Of a stretch of DNA of 64,000 nt, positions 25,033 to 37,625 are shown one piece after another (the first letter of the stretch is position 1; every line of letters begins with the position of its first letter). The notes under the pieces are model-generated. The model did no database searches and was not told the origin of the DNA. It saw only the letters and a list, made by a program, of their open reading frames with translations. Both the position numbers and the translations under genes were made by a program. This DNA comes from Octopus sinensis (taxonomy: Eukaryota): NCBI RefSeq assembly GCF_006345805.1, contig NC_042997.1, positions 198,214,001 through 198,278,000 on the forward strand, given 5' to 3'.

Positions 25033-25419
25033 CGACGCGTGTGTATATAGATATATACATATATACTTATGCGTGCGTGTATGTATGAATGTGTTTGCGT
25101 TGGGTATGTGTAATCAGTGAGAGAAAGAGAAGAATGAACGTGTAAATCAGTAATATGTGAGAGAAAGAGTAGAGTGAATGTATAGATAAATTCTTATATA
25201 CCTTCGAGTCTGCGCAATGATTATATTTCGTTTTCTCATAATACTCGAGCAGTTTTACAGAAAGTAGAATGTTCAAGATAGTGCTTGTTCTAAGCCCAGC
25301 TGTTCTAGAAATAATTTTTGAAAATGCAAGACTACGAATAGAGACGTTAAGCGAAAATAGTTTGTGACATTTTGAATTACACCAGTTTAATTTGAGCAAC
25401 CATCCAATTATTTTCACTG

Positions 25420-25461
<42 letters not shown>

Positions 25462-25577
25462 GTGGTTTCAAATTTAGGTACAAAGCCAGAAAGTTCGGGA
25501 CAGGGTTTAAGTTCATTATATCAAAGTCAATGTCAGCCTTTACGACATTTGAACTCAGGACGTAAAGACGGACAAAA

Positions 25578-26297
25578 ATGTAACGATTCTTTGGGACTTT
25601 CCAGTGTGTACTGATCGGACCAATATGTACTGATCATAACAATAAAGTATGTTTATTGATCGACATGAGCATACTCTATGACCATAATATCTCGGCAAAA
25701 GAATTTGATAAGCTCAGAAAATATGAAGATTTGCTAATCGAAATCGAAAAGACGTGGCATCTCAAGACGGTAACTGTACTTATGAGAAAACTCATTAGCG
25801 CTAATGAATGTTTCTCTTAAAAGGAGATAGTACGTGAAATCCCTTAATATAAATTTAAATAAATATTAACGTGATAAATGCAAAAATGAATGAGCCTGAG
25901 CTGTAATCGCTGTCATGACATCTCCAGCCCTTGCAATGATCAAAATAGGAACTGAAAAATATTCTAAGAACGATCCCTGGCTTACCATCAATACAAGACT
26001 TTCAAAAGATTGTCTTACCTGGTACGTCACACGTATTGAGAAGAGCATTGTCGCTGTGAATTTTCTTTCCTCTTTTCCCTTTTATTTTCTTGGTTTACGG
26101 TTTTATCTTTTATTTTTTTTCTCTGTCTATCTTTCCCTTTTTCTCTATCACATGACTTTGTATATGGGCAATTTGGTGTGTTTATTTTAATGGCCTACCA
26201 ATGTATACAGTGAGTTTCTCTGCACCAGGTGTCATGAAGACACTCAGCAAGAAATAGAATTGAAAGATGATAATGAATATAATAATAATGATAATAA
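25578..26297 (+). mobile_element. 3' fragment of an R4/Dong-type non-LTR retrotransposon (restriction-like endonuclease), interrupted at ~25780-25925
   Basis: TILWDFPV.TDR...KVCLLIDMS..DHNISAKEFDKLRKYEDLLIEIEKTWHLKTVTV, resuming MIK.GTEKY..TIPGLPSIQDFQKIVLPGTSHVLRRALSL* (TGA 26057-26059); (AAT)n tail. Confidence 0.8.
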
Positions 26298-26956
26298 TTA
26301 TGGAAGTGTTAACTCCTGTATGGGGTTTAACTTAGCGCTTCTCTAGATGTCGCAGAAGCTGTAACTATTTAAAGCTTTCGGTAGTTTATTGGCGGAGGCG
26401 TTAGATCGTCGAACAAAAGGTGTAGCCGTATTTGTTCCGAGTCTCTTCTTTTAAGGTTTATAAAATATACCAGTCCAATTGAGGGGAATATGAAGGAAAT
26501 TGGAATAGAGTGTCCAGTAGAACTGACAAAAGATTTGCCTCCTTGGCATGGCCAGAACAATCAGGAAAGTATTAGGTAGATGAAAAGTATTGATACCATA
26601 GTACTGTAGGCTTCAAGTATCAAGCTCGCTACGAATGTAGGACTCCAGGAGCTCCAACAAAACCTGTGAAAAAGAGAAATAATATATAAATAGATAGATA
26701 AGTAAGTCATTAAATAAATAAAAGACACTATGTATTTGTTGCTCTGATATCTTGATAGCCGTGAGTCAACTTTGTTTCGCCGAGAAGACCAGAATATGTC
26801 TGGAGATGTCACGATAGCGATTACAGCTCGGGCTTATTGTTCTTTGCATATATCACTTTAATATTTATTTAAATTTAAATTAAGGGATTTCACCTACTAT
26901 CTCCTTTTGAGAGAACATTCATTAGCGCTAATGAGTTTTCTCATAATTACAGTTAC
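25770..26956. repeat. Inverted repeat pair, ~157-bp arms (25770-25927 and 26800-26956)
   Basis: gtaactgtacttatgagaaaactcattagcgctaatgaatg vs cattcattagcgctaatgagttttctcataattacagttac. Confidence 0.85.
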
Positions 26957-27405
26957 AATTACATTAGAATTGATTAAGTATTATTTTCAGCTCTCCATCT
27001 AAAATGTTGTTGCCTGCAAGTAATTATACATTCTTCCTACTGTAGTAACCCTTGGGAAATTTTCACCTGAAAAGAATGCGTTCGAAATGCCATTGGCATC
27101 GATAAGTTATACAAATTTTGAGTCGTTGGGATTGGTGAATAACGATAATAATTAATTTAACATTCTGTAGAGTATGAATAGTGCAAAGCTGTGTCGTGAA
27201 TTACTATAGGGTTATTAAGGAAGTGTTAAGTTCTCTATGGGGTTTAAATTAGCACTTCTCGAGATGTCGCAGAAGCTGCAACTATAAAAATCTTTTGGCA
27301 GTTTATTGGCGGAGGCGTTAGAGCGTCGGACAAAAGGCGTGGCTGTATTTGTTCCGAGTTTCTGCTCTCCATGTCTCTTCTGTTGAGGTCTATAGAATAT
27401 ACCAA
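26298..27405. repeat. Diverged ~190-bp direct duplication (26298-26490 and 27214-27405)
   Basis: ggaagtgttaa...agatgtcgcagaagctg...gtttattggcggaggcgttaga...gtatttgttccgagt in both. Confidence 0.85.
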
Positions 27406-27800
27406 TCAAAGGCGGTAGATTAGGGGACGTGTAAACATGTCGAATCCGGATGCCCTGCGGTAATTGATCCAGCTGTCTGCGTTCTCAGTTCAAATGTTGC
27501 CATGACTAACTTGGATATTACATTTATAACAAGTCACCCAGTTTACCACGACCATCACCACCTATCACCTTGGGTGCTTTTAGTGGAATCCATTCTAGTG
27601 CAAGTATTCGGGTTAGGTTATCGCTATGAAGATATCTTCCCCCTCTCTCTTCCGACTAGTGTCGATCTCCCTGCAACGGATCACGGTTACCGATGTCGAA
27701 CCAGACTGAATGATTAGATGTTGCCACGGATATTGTTCTTAATGCAGTACATGTGTGTGTTCGTGCTTGCGAGCGTCTGTGTGTGTGTATACTGGTTATT

Positions 27801-28185
27801 TGTGGAGGCACAATGGCCCAGTGGTTAGGGCAGCGGACTCGCGGTCGGAGAATCGCGGTTTCGATTCCCAGACCGGGCATTGTGAGTGTTTATTGAGCGG
27901 AAGCACCTAAAGCTCCACGAGTCTCCGGCAGGGGGTGGTGGTGAACCCTGCTGTACTCTTTCACCACAACTTTCTCTCACTCTTTCTTCCTGTTTCTCTC
28001 GTACCTGTATTTCAAGGGGCCAGCCTTGTCACATCCTGTGTGTCACGCTGAATCTCCCCGAGAACTACGTTAAGAGTACACGTGTCTGTGGAATGCTCAG
28101 CCCCTTGCACGTTAATATCACGAGCAAGCTGTTCCGTTGATCGTATCAGCTGGGACCTTCATCGTCGCAACCGACGGAGTGCTCC
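27801..28185 (+). mobile_element. SINE type C, full length with TSD
   Basis: 13-bp TSD tatactggttatt (27788-27800 / 28186-28198); A box tggcccagtgg, B box gtttcgattcc. Confidence 0.9.
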
Positions 28186-28414
28186 TATACTGGTTATTGC
28201 TTATTTTCTGGATGGTACTCTTATTTTTTGTCATAGTCAGGTGTTTTGTAGCTTATGGCTGTTGAAGTTGTTATAGTCTTGTGGTTGGGCGTGGTAGAAA
28301 TGCGTATTCATTGAAGTGTTATGATAATGTACACTCTTTGACAATCATTGATGGTGTGATTTTTTTATCACTAGGACAACAGTCATTTGACACTATTTAT
28401 CTTCTTACATCCAT

Positions 28415-28832
28415 TATTTCTTTATTGCCCACAAGGGGCTACACTCAGAGGGCGACAAACAAGGACAGACAAAGGGATTAAGTCGATTACATCGACCCCA
28501 ATGCGTAACTGGTACTTAATCTATCGACCCCGAAAGGATGAAAGGCAAAGTCGACCTCGACGGAATTTGAGCTCAGAACGTAACGGCAGACGAAATACCT
28601 ATTTCTTTACTACCCACAAGGGGCTAAACACAGAGAGGACAAACAAGGACAGATAAACGGAGTAAGTCGATTATATCGACCCCAGTGCGTAACTGGTACT
28701 TATTTAATCGACCCCGAAAGGATGAAAGGCAAAGTCGACCTCAGCAGAATTTGAACTCAGAACGTAGCGGCAGACGAAATACCGCTAAGCATCTCGCCCG
28801 GCGCGTTAACGTTTCTGCTAGCTCGCCGCCTT
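28415..28832 (-). mobile_element. SINE type B dimer with TSD
   Basis: 22-bp TSD ctatt(t/g)atcttcttacatccat (28393-28414 / 28835-28856). Confidence 0.92.
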
Positions 28833-29371
28833 AACTATTGATCTTCTTACATCCATAGTATTGTGTCACCCAGTCTCCCACTCCTCTTGTCATTTGATGA
28901 TATGGAAGTATCGGTGCATACAAATGGGAAAGATTACATTGGGCAATTGTATTCGTGTGTGATGTTGGAGTTAATGTTAATAACACGGTTTTAGTTACTT
29001 AAAATGATGTTGTTGCTGTTACTCTTATTGTTCATGATATTTGATTGTGGTTTGAGATGCCGGCATTAATGTAAAGCTAGAAAGCTTAGCTTCTTTCTAA
29101 AACAGGGGGCTGAGTGTTGGTTGGTAAAAACCACCTGTACAGAATTTAAGCTTTCTACTTCCCACTGCATTGCCTTACAGGCTTATCTCTTCTAGGATGT
29201 TGTCAAGATTTCCCAGTTGTATCTAGACTTTGAGGTCCACACCAATTGTGGATCAATTATACTAGTTGTACCTCTGTTCGTCAGAAGTGTGTTCTTTTCG
29301 TGCTAGGACAACACATACCACAATCTAAAAGAATACTAACTTTAACGATACATCCATATTTTTCGCCTTCG

Positions 29372-30200
29372 CCACCCAAAGATCTATTTGTCGTGATAAA
29401 GGTACATTTCTCAATCTTGCGCGAGTTAGTGGCATGCTATTATGTGTCAGCTTCTAACAGGAATGTTATCTCATCCAATTTCTCATGTCAGCTGATGTAA
29501 GTGGCGAAGTTTATAGAAATATTTCTTTCAGGTAATTTTCGACTGTGGTTCTTTCTACTTCCCGTTCGTTAACCATCACTGTTCTATACGACATTTACTC
29601 TATATCTCAGGTGTGGTTAATACTGATGTTGGTTTTGTCCCAGAGGTGGGTCTCTTGGATTTTCTCAGGTGTGTAAATTTTTCAAGTTAAAAGTGATCTT
29701 CAGCTATTTCTGACTGACAAACGGATTAAGTCGATTATATCGACCCCAGTGCGTAACTGGTACTTATTTAATCGATCCCGAAAGGATGAAAGGCAAAGTC
29801 GACCTCGGCAGAATTTGAACTCAGAAAGTAAAAACACGAAATACCGCTAAGCATTATCACGACCCAAAGATCTATCTGTCGTGACAAAGGTACATTTCTC
29901 AATCTTGCACGAGTTAGTGGCACGCTATTATGTGTCAGCTTCTAACAGGAATGTCATCTCATCCAGTTTCTCATGTCAGCTGATGTAAGTGGCGAAATTT
30001 ACAGAAATATTTCTTTCAGGTAATTTTCCACTGTGGTTCTTTCTACTTCCCGTTCGTTAACCGTCACTGTTCTATACGACATTTACTCTATCTCTCAGGT
30101 GTGGTTAATATTGACGTTGGTTTTGTCCCAGAGGTGGGTCTCTTGGATTTTCTCAGGTGTGTAAATTTCTCAAGTTAAAAGTGATCTTCAGCTATTTCTG
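29372..30200. repeat. ~340-bp direct duplication (29372-29712 / 29860-30200) flanking a SINE B fragment
   Basis: acccaaagatctat.tgtcgtga.aaagg ... aagtgatcttcagctatttctg twice; minus strand reads as decayed coding sequence (MSYRTVTVNEREVERTTVENYLKEIF). Confidence 0.85.
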
Positions 30201-30276
30201 TCGCACTTACAAAAAAAAAAAAGAACAATATTCGTGTGACACTTGCAGTAAATTTTGTTCATTGCTGCTGCTGCTG

Positions 30277-30314
<38 letters not shown>

Positions 30315-31235
30315 GCTGCTGCTGCAGCTGTTGGTATTGATTGTATCCGGTGATGTCGATGGCCGCATTAGGTGCGGTAGCACTCGACTGATTTTATAGG
30401 AAGAAAAATTAAGACGAATTATTACAAATATTCTCACGTAAGAGAAACTGTGCTGCGAAAAATATAAGTGGGTATTTATAACTAAGTCTCAAATGGTCTA
30501 GATGTTGATTTTAGCAACACGAATTCGATAGGAAGAAATAGGTAAAAAAATTAAAATATAAATATTTGTGAATATGAAGCCTAATATAGTTATTGCTTTG
30601 TGCGTCTCTGCAAAATATCATTTGATTTTCTAAAATTATTTTCCAGTTATTCACTTCCAAATACAGTTCTAATGAGTATATTCACAAATATTGTGAGTAA
30701 TTTTATAAATAGCAAAAAACAAACGTGTTCATCATAAAAAATAATATCAATTACATTTTTATTATTTTCGATATTCTGAAATCCAATTAGACGAAATATT
30801 GTTAAAAAACATTGAAAAATGAATGAAGAAAAAAAAAATACTATTAAAAACAAAACGTTTTGACACATTTATATGCAAATTACATTTTATGAATGAATAT
30901 ATCGATATATGAAGACATACATATACATATATACACATACATACACTCACACACACATACACATATATGATGCATACATAAACAAACACACACATATATA
31001 TGCTTTGCTGTATTTGTTTCGTTATTTTGGGTTCTGAGTTCAAAATCATGCATAGCTCAGCGTTGCCTTTTATGCTTCGGGGTCGATCAAATCGAGTACA
31101 AGTCAAGTACTGAGGTCGTTGTAATCGACTTGCCCATCCCCTCAAAATTGTTATACTCATGCCAGAATTAGAATGAATTATTAATAACTTTGAGTCAATT
31201 TAGCCACTGTGTTGTTACGCCTTTAAATATCGCTT

Positions 31236-32005
31236 TCACATTTTGGCACAAGGCCAGAAATTTTGGAATGGGTTTGATCGATTATATCAACCCCAGTGTC
31301 CACTTGGTACTTATTTTATCGTCCGCGAAAGGACGAAAGGCAACGTCGACTTCGGTGGAATTCTTTAAACGTTCTTTTCTACTCTGGGCACAAAGCCCAA
31401 ATTTTTTGGAAAAGGGGCCAGTCAATTAGATGGACCCCAGTACGCAACTGGTACTTACTTTATCGACCCGCGAAAGGATGAAAAACAAAGTCGACCTCGG
31501 CGAAATTTGAACTCAGAACGTAACGACAGACGAAATACCTATTTCTTTACTACCAACAAACATTTCGTCCATCGTGTTAACGATTCTACCGGCCCGCCGC
31601 CTTAATAATAATAGTAATATTCAAAGAAGTATTGAGCGGCGAGCTGGCAGAAACGTTAGCACGCCCGGCGAAATGCGTAGCCGTATTTCGTCTGCCGTTA
31701 CGTTCTGAGTTCAAATTCCGCCGAGGTCGACTTTGCTTTTCATCCTTTTGGGGTCGATAAATAAAGCACCAGTTACGCACTGGGGTCAATTTAATCGACT
31801 TAATCTCTTTGTCTGTCCTTGTTTGTCCCCTCTATGTTTATCCCTCTATGTTTATCCTATTGTGGGTAATAAAGAAATAAGTATTTCGTCTGTCGCTGAG
31901 GTCGACTTTGCCTTTCGTCCTATCGGGGTCAATAGAATAAATATCACCTGTTGCAATTGACTTAAACCCCTTTGCCCCAAATTGCTGGCCTTGTGCTTAA
32001 AACTT
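31236..32005. mobile_element. Head-to-head inverted pair of multimeric SINE B copies
   Basis: Minus copy 31236-31603 and plus copy ~31636-32005 separated by ~32 nt. Confidence 0.85.
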
Positions 32006-32877
32006 AGAATTAATATTTAAAGAAATATTTATTAATTATTAATATCGAAGTAAACAATCCTATTTATTTGCTGTTTTTCGCGTACTGCTTGTTAATTATT
32101 CTTAATTATCATCACCTGACGCTGTTTGAATTCATCTTACAGCCGTTAAGAAGCGAGGACTTACTTCAACAAACATTAAACAACATTTAAAACAGCTGCC
32201 TACAAGAATAGATTAATTCGTTTTCAAAAAGTCAATAGTTGTGTATAATACAATAGGAAGACATCTTGGTTATTCTGCTTTCTTTATTGTTCTTTTTCCA
32301 TTTTAAATGTAGTTTTCAACGCAAGTGGCAGTTTCACTTGTCCTTCAGCAATACATGTATTTATTTTCACATCTAATCATTAAAACAATATTGTAGTTAG
32401 TTTTTTCTAGTGGTCATGTTAGATATTTGAGAATTCTCTTCTTCGATGTGGAATGGTTATAAACGAAGTCTTCTCGTATTTATGGTCCACTTTTATAATA
32501 ATCCTGGATCCTATTTGCCATCAATGTTATAATAATATATTTCCGTTACGATTTTGTGTCTGAACACAAAAGTAGCAGTGGATTCCCACGTATCTTCTAT
32601 TTGGCTCAACTGATAAATTGTATCAACAAGGTGCAGCTTTGGCTGTGTTCAGATGTGGGCACGGCTGTGTGATCAAAAACTCGCAATATAACCACCTGAT
32701 TTCCGGTTCAGTCTCACTGTACATCACCATGGGCGAGTGTTTTCTACTCTAGCTCCAAGCCCATTGTATAAGTCAGTAAATGGTGGGGTTGTGTTAACTT
32801 TTCTTACACCCATTTATATTAAAATTTGCTTTAAGTTAGCATACTGCCATATTATCATTATTATTATTTTTCCCTTT

Positions 32878-32942
<65 letters not shown>

Positions 32943-33629
32943 TATATATGTGTGTGTGTGTGTGAAGGTATGTATATGTTTGTCTATCGCAGGCTTCCAC
33001 ACATTTCCCTTATATGTACATGTGTGTGCACGCGCGAGTATGTATCTGAGATTTGTGCTAGTGTTTGTCACCCTACCACAGCCTGACAACCGGTGATGGT
33101 TTGTTTGCGACCCCGTAACTTAGTGGTTTGCCCAAAGCAGACGATAGTATAAATATTAGACCCTTGAAAAAAATCCCCCAACTAAATCGGTTGATTTTTT
33201 TCGATTAAAGCTCTTCAAGGAAGTGCTTAAGTACGGTCGCAATCCAATTCCTGAAGCAAATATTAAATAAAGATAAAAGTATAATTGATGTGTATTTATG
33301 CAATACGTTATAATTTCCAAAACAGAGTGAGAAATGCATTATTTGTAATTAAGTTATAATTGAAACGAAAAATTAGCTTTCACAATTATATATTTAATAC
33401 TTTATTTTTTTAATTCTATTATTCATTGAAGGGCAGCGAGGATTGGGTATCGCTTCGAAGGAATTTGATCGAAGAAATCGACCCCAGTATTAATTGTAGG
33501 GTCTGGTACTTATTCTATCGGTCTTTTTATGCCGAACCGTTAAGATAAGGGTGTATAAAGAAACCAAAACTGTCAAGTGGTATTAGGACAGATACAAACA
33601 CAAAGAGACCCACATACTTATTTCAATAT

Positions 33630-33832
33630 GTGACCACATGTGTATCGTTGGCGATTTTCTTTCTCCGTCTTCCCTTCCTTGGACCTTTCCTTTTTCAATG
33701 TTTCTGACGAAGAGCTACGTTCGTAACGTATAATCCTCCTTCTTTCTTTCATTTCCTGAGCGTCCAATAACACTGTACTTGTTCCACGTCCCCGCGTTGT
33801 TGTGTTTTCTCTTTGTTCATGTTTGGATTAAC
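33630..33832 (+). mobile_element. Penelope-type remnant with a mutated hammerhead (CTGACGA...GTAA)
   Basis: ctgacga a gagc tac gttc gtaa cgt at 33704; same family as 55130-55330 (-). Confidence 0.65.
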
Positions 33833-33851
33833 TATATATATATATATATAT

Positions 33852-33968
33852 ATATTATTAGTGAATTGAAGAAATGGAGTTGAACGAAGATTGAACAGAA
33901 ATCGTTTTAATAAAACGATTTCTGTTCAATCTTCGTTCAACTCCATTTCTTCAATTCACTAATAATAT
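33852..33968. repeat. Perfect palindrome, 58-bp arms, 1-nt spacer
   Basis: atattattagtgaattgaag...cgtttta A taaaacg...cttcaattcactaataatat. Confidence 0.95.
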
Positions 33969-34115
33969 TAAAATTCAATTATCCGCACCAACGCACGGTT
34001 GCAACACCATATGCTCGTACCTCCAACCGTGCTGTCTTCTGCTGTGATTTTTGCTACCAAGGTATCGGTTAAACTTTTGATTAATCTGCAACAAGATTAT
34101 TCATCTTTCTATTTC

Positions 34116-34170
<55 letters not shown>

Positions 34171-34177
<7 letters not shown>

Positions 34178-34479
34178 CAGGACAAGACTGCTAGGTAGTC
34201 GGCCGTATGCTAGAAATAGATCATCAACGATCAAACTACAAAGAAAGTTCTCTGGAGGAAAAATTCAGCGAACACCAGAACCAAATTTGGCGGGCAGGAC
34301 AGATGAAAATTTATATTAAAAATTCTGTTTTTTATATAAATTTTCATCTATCCTGCACGCCAAATTTGGTTCTGGTGTTCGCTGAATTTTTCCTCTAGAG
34401 AACTTTCTTTGTAGTTTGATCGTTGATGATCTATTTCTAGCATACGGCCGACTACCTAGCAGTCTTGCCCTGCCAATAT
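34171..34479. mobile_element. Young foldback element, 146-bp arms with 4 mismatches, TA-flanked
   Basis: atattggcaggacaagactgctagg ... cctagcagtcttgccctgccaatat; ~17-nt AT-rich loop. Confidence 0.85.
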
Positions 34480-34645
34480 ACACATATATTAGAATTTTAT
34501 GATTTCTCAGATTTTTTGTATGCTAGACTACTGGTTTTAAATTGATATTAAAGTTAGTATTAATTTATCTCCCTCATTATTTAAATATATATATATATAT
34601 ATATATGAATATTCACGATAGACTTCCTTTAGTTTCCGTCTAATA

Positions 34646-34878
34646 TGGTGGTTCTCAACCGGAGTCCATATAAGGTTTTTGTCGTTAAAGTTTCTTTGCA
34701 ATGAGTTTGTTATATTTCTACATTACACACAATACTTATCAATTCTTGTTATACACTTTATTATGGTATTTAATTTTAAAAATATTATAGGATTTATTTT
34801 TAAGCATTGAATGGCTAGGCATCCGAATAAATTACAAATCAGAGGGTTTCATTAACAAAAAATGGTTGAGAATCGATA
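34646..34878. mobile_element. hAT-type MITE inserted in a SINE A head
   Basis: tggttctcaacc / ggttgagaatcg ends; SINE sequence on both sides. Confidence 0.55.
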
Positions 34879-35029
34879 CAGTTTGGGACCAGTGACGTCG
34901 CAACTCATTCCTATAGCTGAGTGCTTTAATCACTGAGCCATGCGCCATTTATGCATGTATGTATGTATGTACGTATTTATGTAGTATGTATGCATATATG
35001 TGTGTGTATGTATATATATATGTACGTCG

Positions 35030-35210
35030 CTATCCACTGCACATTCTTTATTTTCTCTCCTTGTTTCTTGCTGTGTTCCTTTCTCTGGAAGAGCGTAGGA
35101 TCGAAACGTTAAAGACTTTTTCACTTCCCGAGCGTTAAATTAATACATTTGTTTGTTGTCTACATCACCTGTCTTCGTCTTTTATTATTTTTTTGTGGAT
35201 TCTCCCTATA
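35030..35210 (+). mobile_element. Penelope/hammerhead-type remnant (GAGCGTAGG family)
   Basis: cttt ctctgga a gagcgtaggatc gaaa cgtt aaag. Confidence 0.7.
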
Positions 35211-35452
35211 TATATTGTGTATACATATGTGTATATGTATGTATTTATGAATATATGTGCGTGTGTGTGCATGTATGTAAAAGTATGAGGAAATAATATT
35301 TCAGATTATAATCATATGAATTCAGTTATACATATTGTCATACATGTTTATGCATGGCTGTATTCGTGGGAGGATAAATATATAGTAAATGTATATAATT
35401 TCCTTGCATCTAACCGTAATTATAAGATTTTATGTATATGTATGTATATATA

Positions 35453-35505
<53 letters not shown>

Positions 35506-35545
35506 GTGTGTGTGTGTGTGCGTGTATGATTACGTATTTCAAAGG

Positions 35546-35611
<66 letters not shown>

Positions 35612-35764
35612 TTGTGCGTGTGTGTGTTTGCGATTACGTATTTGAAAAGCAATCGTCTTTATTTTACATTCCTGTTACTATAAACAGCAGTCTATGAAGC
35701 GAAATGCATGTTACATCGCAATAACTTCCTTTCCTGATTTTCTGTCATATATATATATATATAT

Positions 35765-35820
<56 letters not shown>

Positions 35821-36212
35821 TATTGAAAGTATCAGATAAGGGAGAATTATAATTAATATGAACTGCTTTCTACGCCACGAGTAATTATGTGACTGTAAAA
35901 TAAGAACTTGACATAGGGAAATAAAAAGGTAATGCGAGATGATGTGCTAAGTGTTGGCAAATAATTGCTATTCAGGAAGAAAAGTTTGTTGTGTTATTGT
36001 TTTCTTCACGCATAAATTCGCAACATTTCGGTGAAATGCCGCCATTGCTCATTGACTTAATGTCTGCGCAATCTCTATAAATAGTCTGAAAAATACTTGA
36101 TGAAGGCGACTCCAATTACATTACACACGTAAAGATGAAATGCAATATTCCATCTTTGCATTACTTCATACGCAATTAAGTTGAATGAATATATTTATGT
36201 ATGATTGTAGTC

Positions 36213-36316
<104 letters not shown>

Positions 36317-36610
36317 GCCTGTCTGTCTGTCTGCCTGTCTGTCTGTCTGTCTGTCTGTCTCACTGCCTGTCTGTCTCTCTTTTATTCTTTAGCTTGTTTC
36401 AGTCGTTGCGGCCATGCTGTAGCATCGCATTGAAAGCTTTTATTTCGTCGAACAAACCAACCCCAGTACTTATTTTTTAAGCCTAGTATTTATTCTATCG
36501 GTGTCTTTTGCCGGACCGCTAAGTTACGTGGACGTCAACACATCGACACCGGTTGCCAAGCGGTGATGGGGAGACAAGCAGACAGAAAGACACACACACA
36601 CATAAATATA

Positions 36611-36658
<48 letters not shown>

Positions 36659-36811
36659 GTGTGTGTGTGTGTGTGTGTGCGTGTCTCTGATTTCCAATAG
36701 GCTGAATATTTGACGCCAGGATAAGTTAGAGAGATAAGCCGGTAAGTAAACGAAAACTACTAGGCGGACAAACAAGTAGACATACTTAAAACAGATATAT
36801 ATATATTATAT

Positions 36812-36860
<49 letters not shown>

Positions 36861-37249
36861 TATATATATATAGGTTAAATTTCTGCTGCTTTTAAATAAA
36901 TTATTACTCTACCTCTGGTATTTGAGTACTCTTTTTTCCATCTTGTTTCACATTTACGTGTTTATTCCTGTATATATATATAGAGAGATAGATAGATAGA
37001 TAGGCAGACACGGAGGGAGTGAGAGGTTGGATTAAGTGATGCAGTACAAAAAGAAGAGTTTGTTGCTCCAGATTCCTATTAAGAAATGTGTATATGCTGA
37101 CATATATACACCAACCGCCAAATACATGTGTACGTGCGTTTTCAAAATATCATATTGATACGAAACGTACGTTGATTCCACGTGTCTATAAACATTTCCC
37201 AACGTTGAGTACGACAACAGCAATTACAAATATCTCTGTGGAAAGGAAA

Positions 37250-37625
37250 TACATGTCCAAATAAAGCTAGGACCACAGGCCATACATCCCCTACCTACTT
37301 CAGGATCACAACACATAAATATACTGCAATATCATATCTTTTCCTCAACAGGTCCTGCCCTATTTCACTTTGTCCCGAAATAGATCAAAAGGAAAAGGAT
37401 CCCATTACCTATAAACTGAATCTGGACAAATATCTTCAAGGAATACCAGATAAGCCACCTATACCTGGATAGAACTGACTCAACAAGAACTCCCTACTCG
37501 AATGGACCACGAAACCACAAAACTTGACTCAGAAAGGATTTAGCTAATCCTATCAGAGGATGGTATTAAATTAAACATGACCTGGACAAATCTTAGATCG
37601 AAACATCTAAGTTATCTAAGTTATT
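37250..37625 (+). mobile_element. 3' end of a second CR1-group LINE
   Basis: STGPALFHFVPK...YKLNLDKYLQGIPDKPPIPG...NKNSLLEW; tail repeat atctaagtt. Confidence 0.75.

Noticed and set aside
27801-27880. tRNA gene
   Set aside because: A/B boxes are present but it is the head of a TSD-flanked SINE; no complete cloverleaf.
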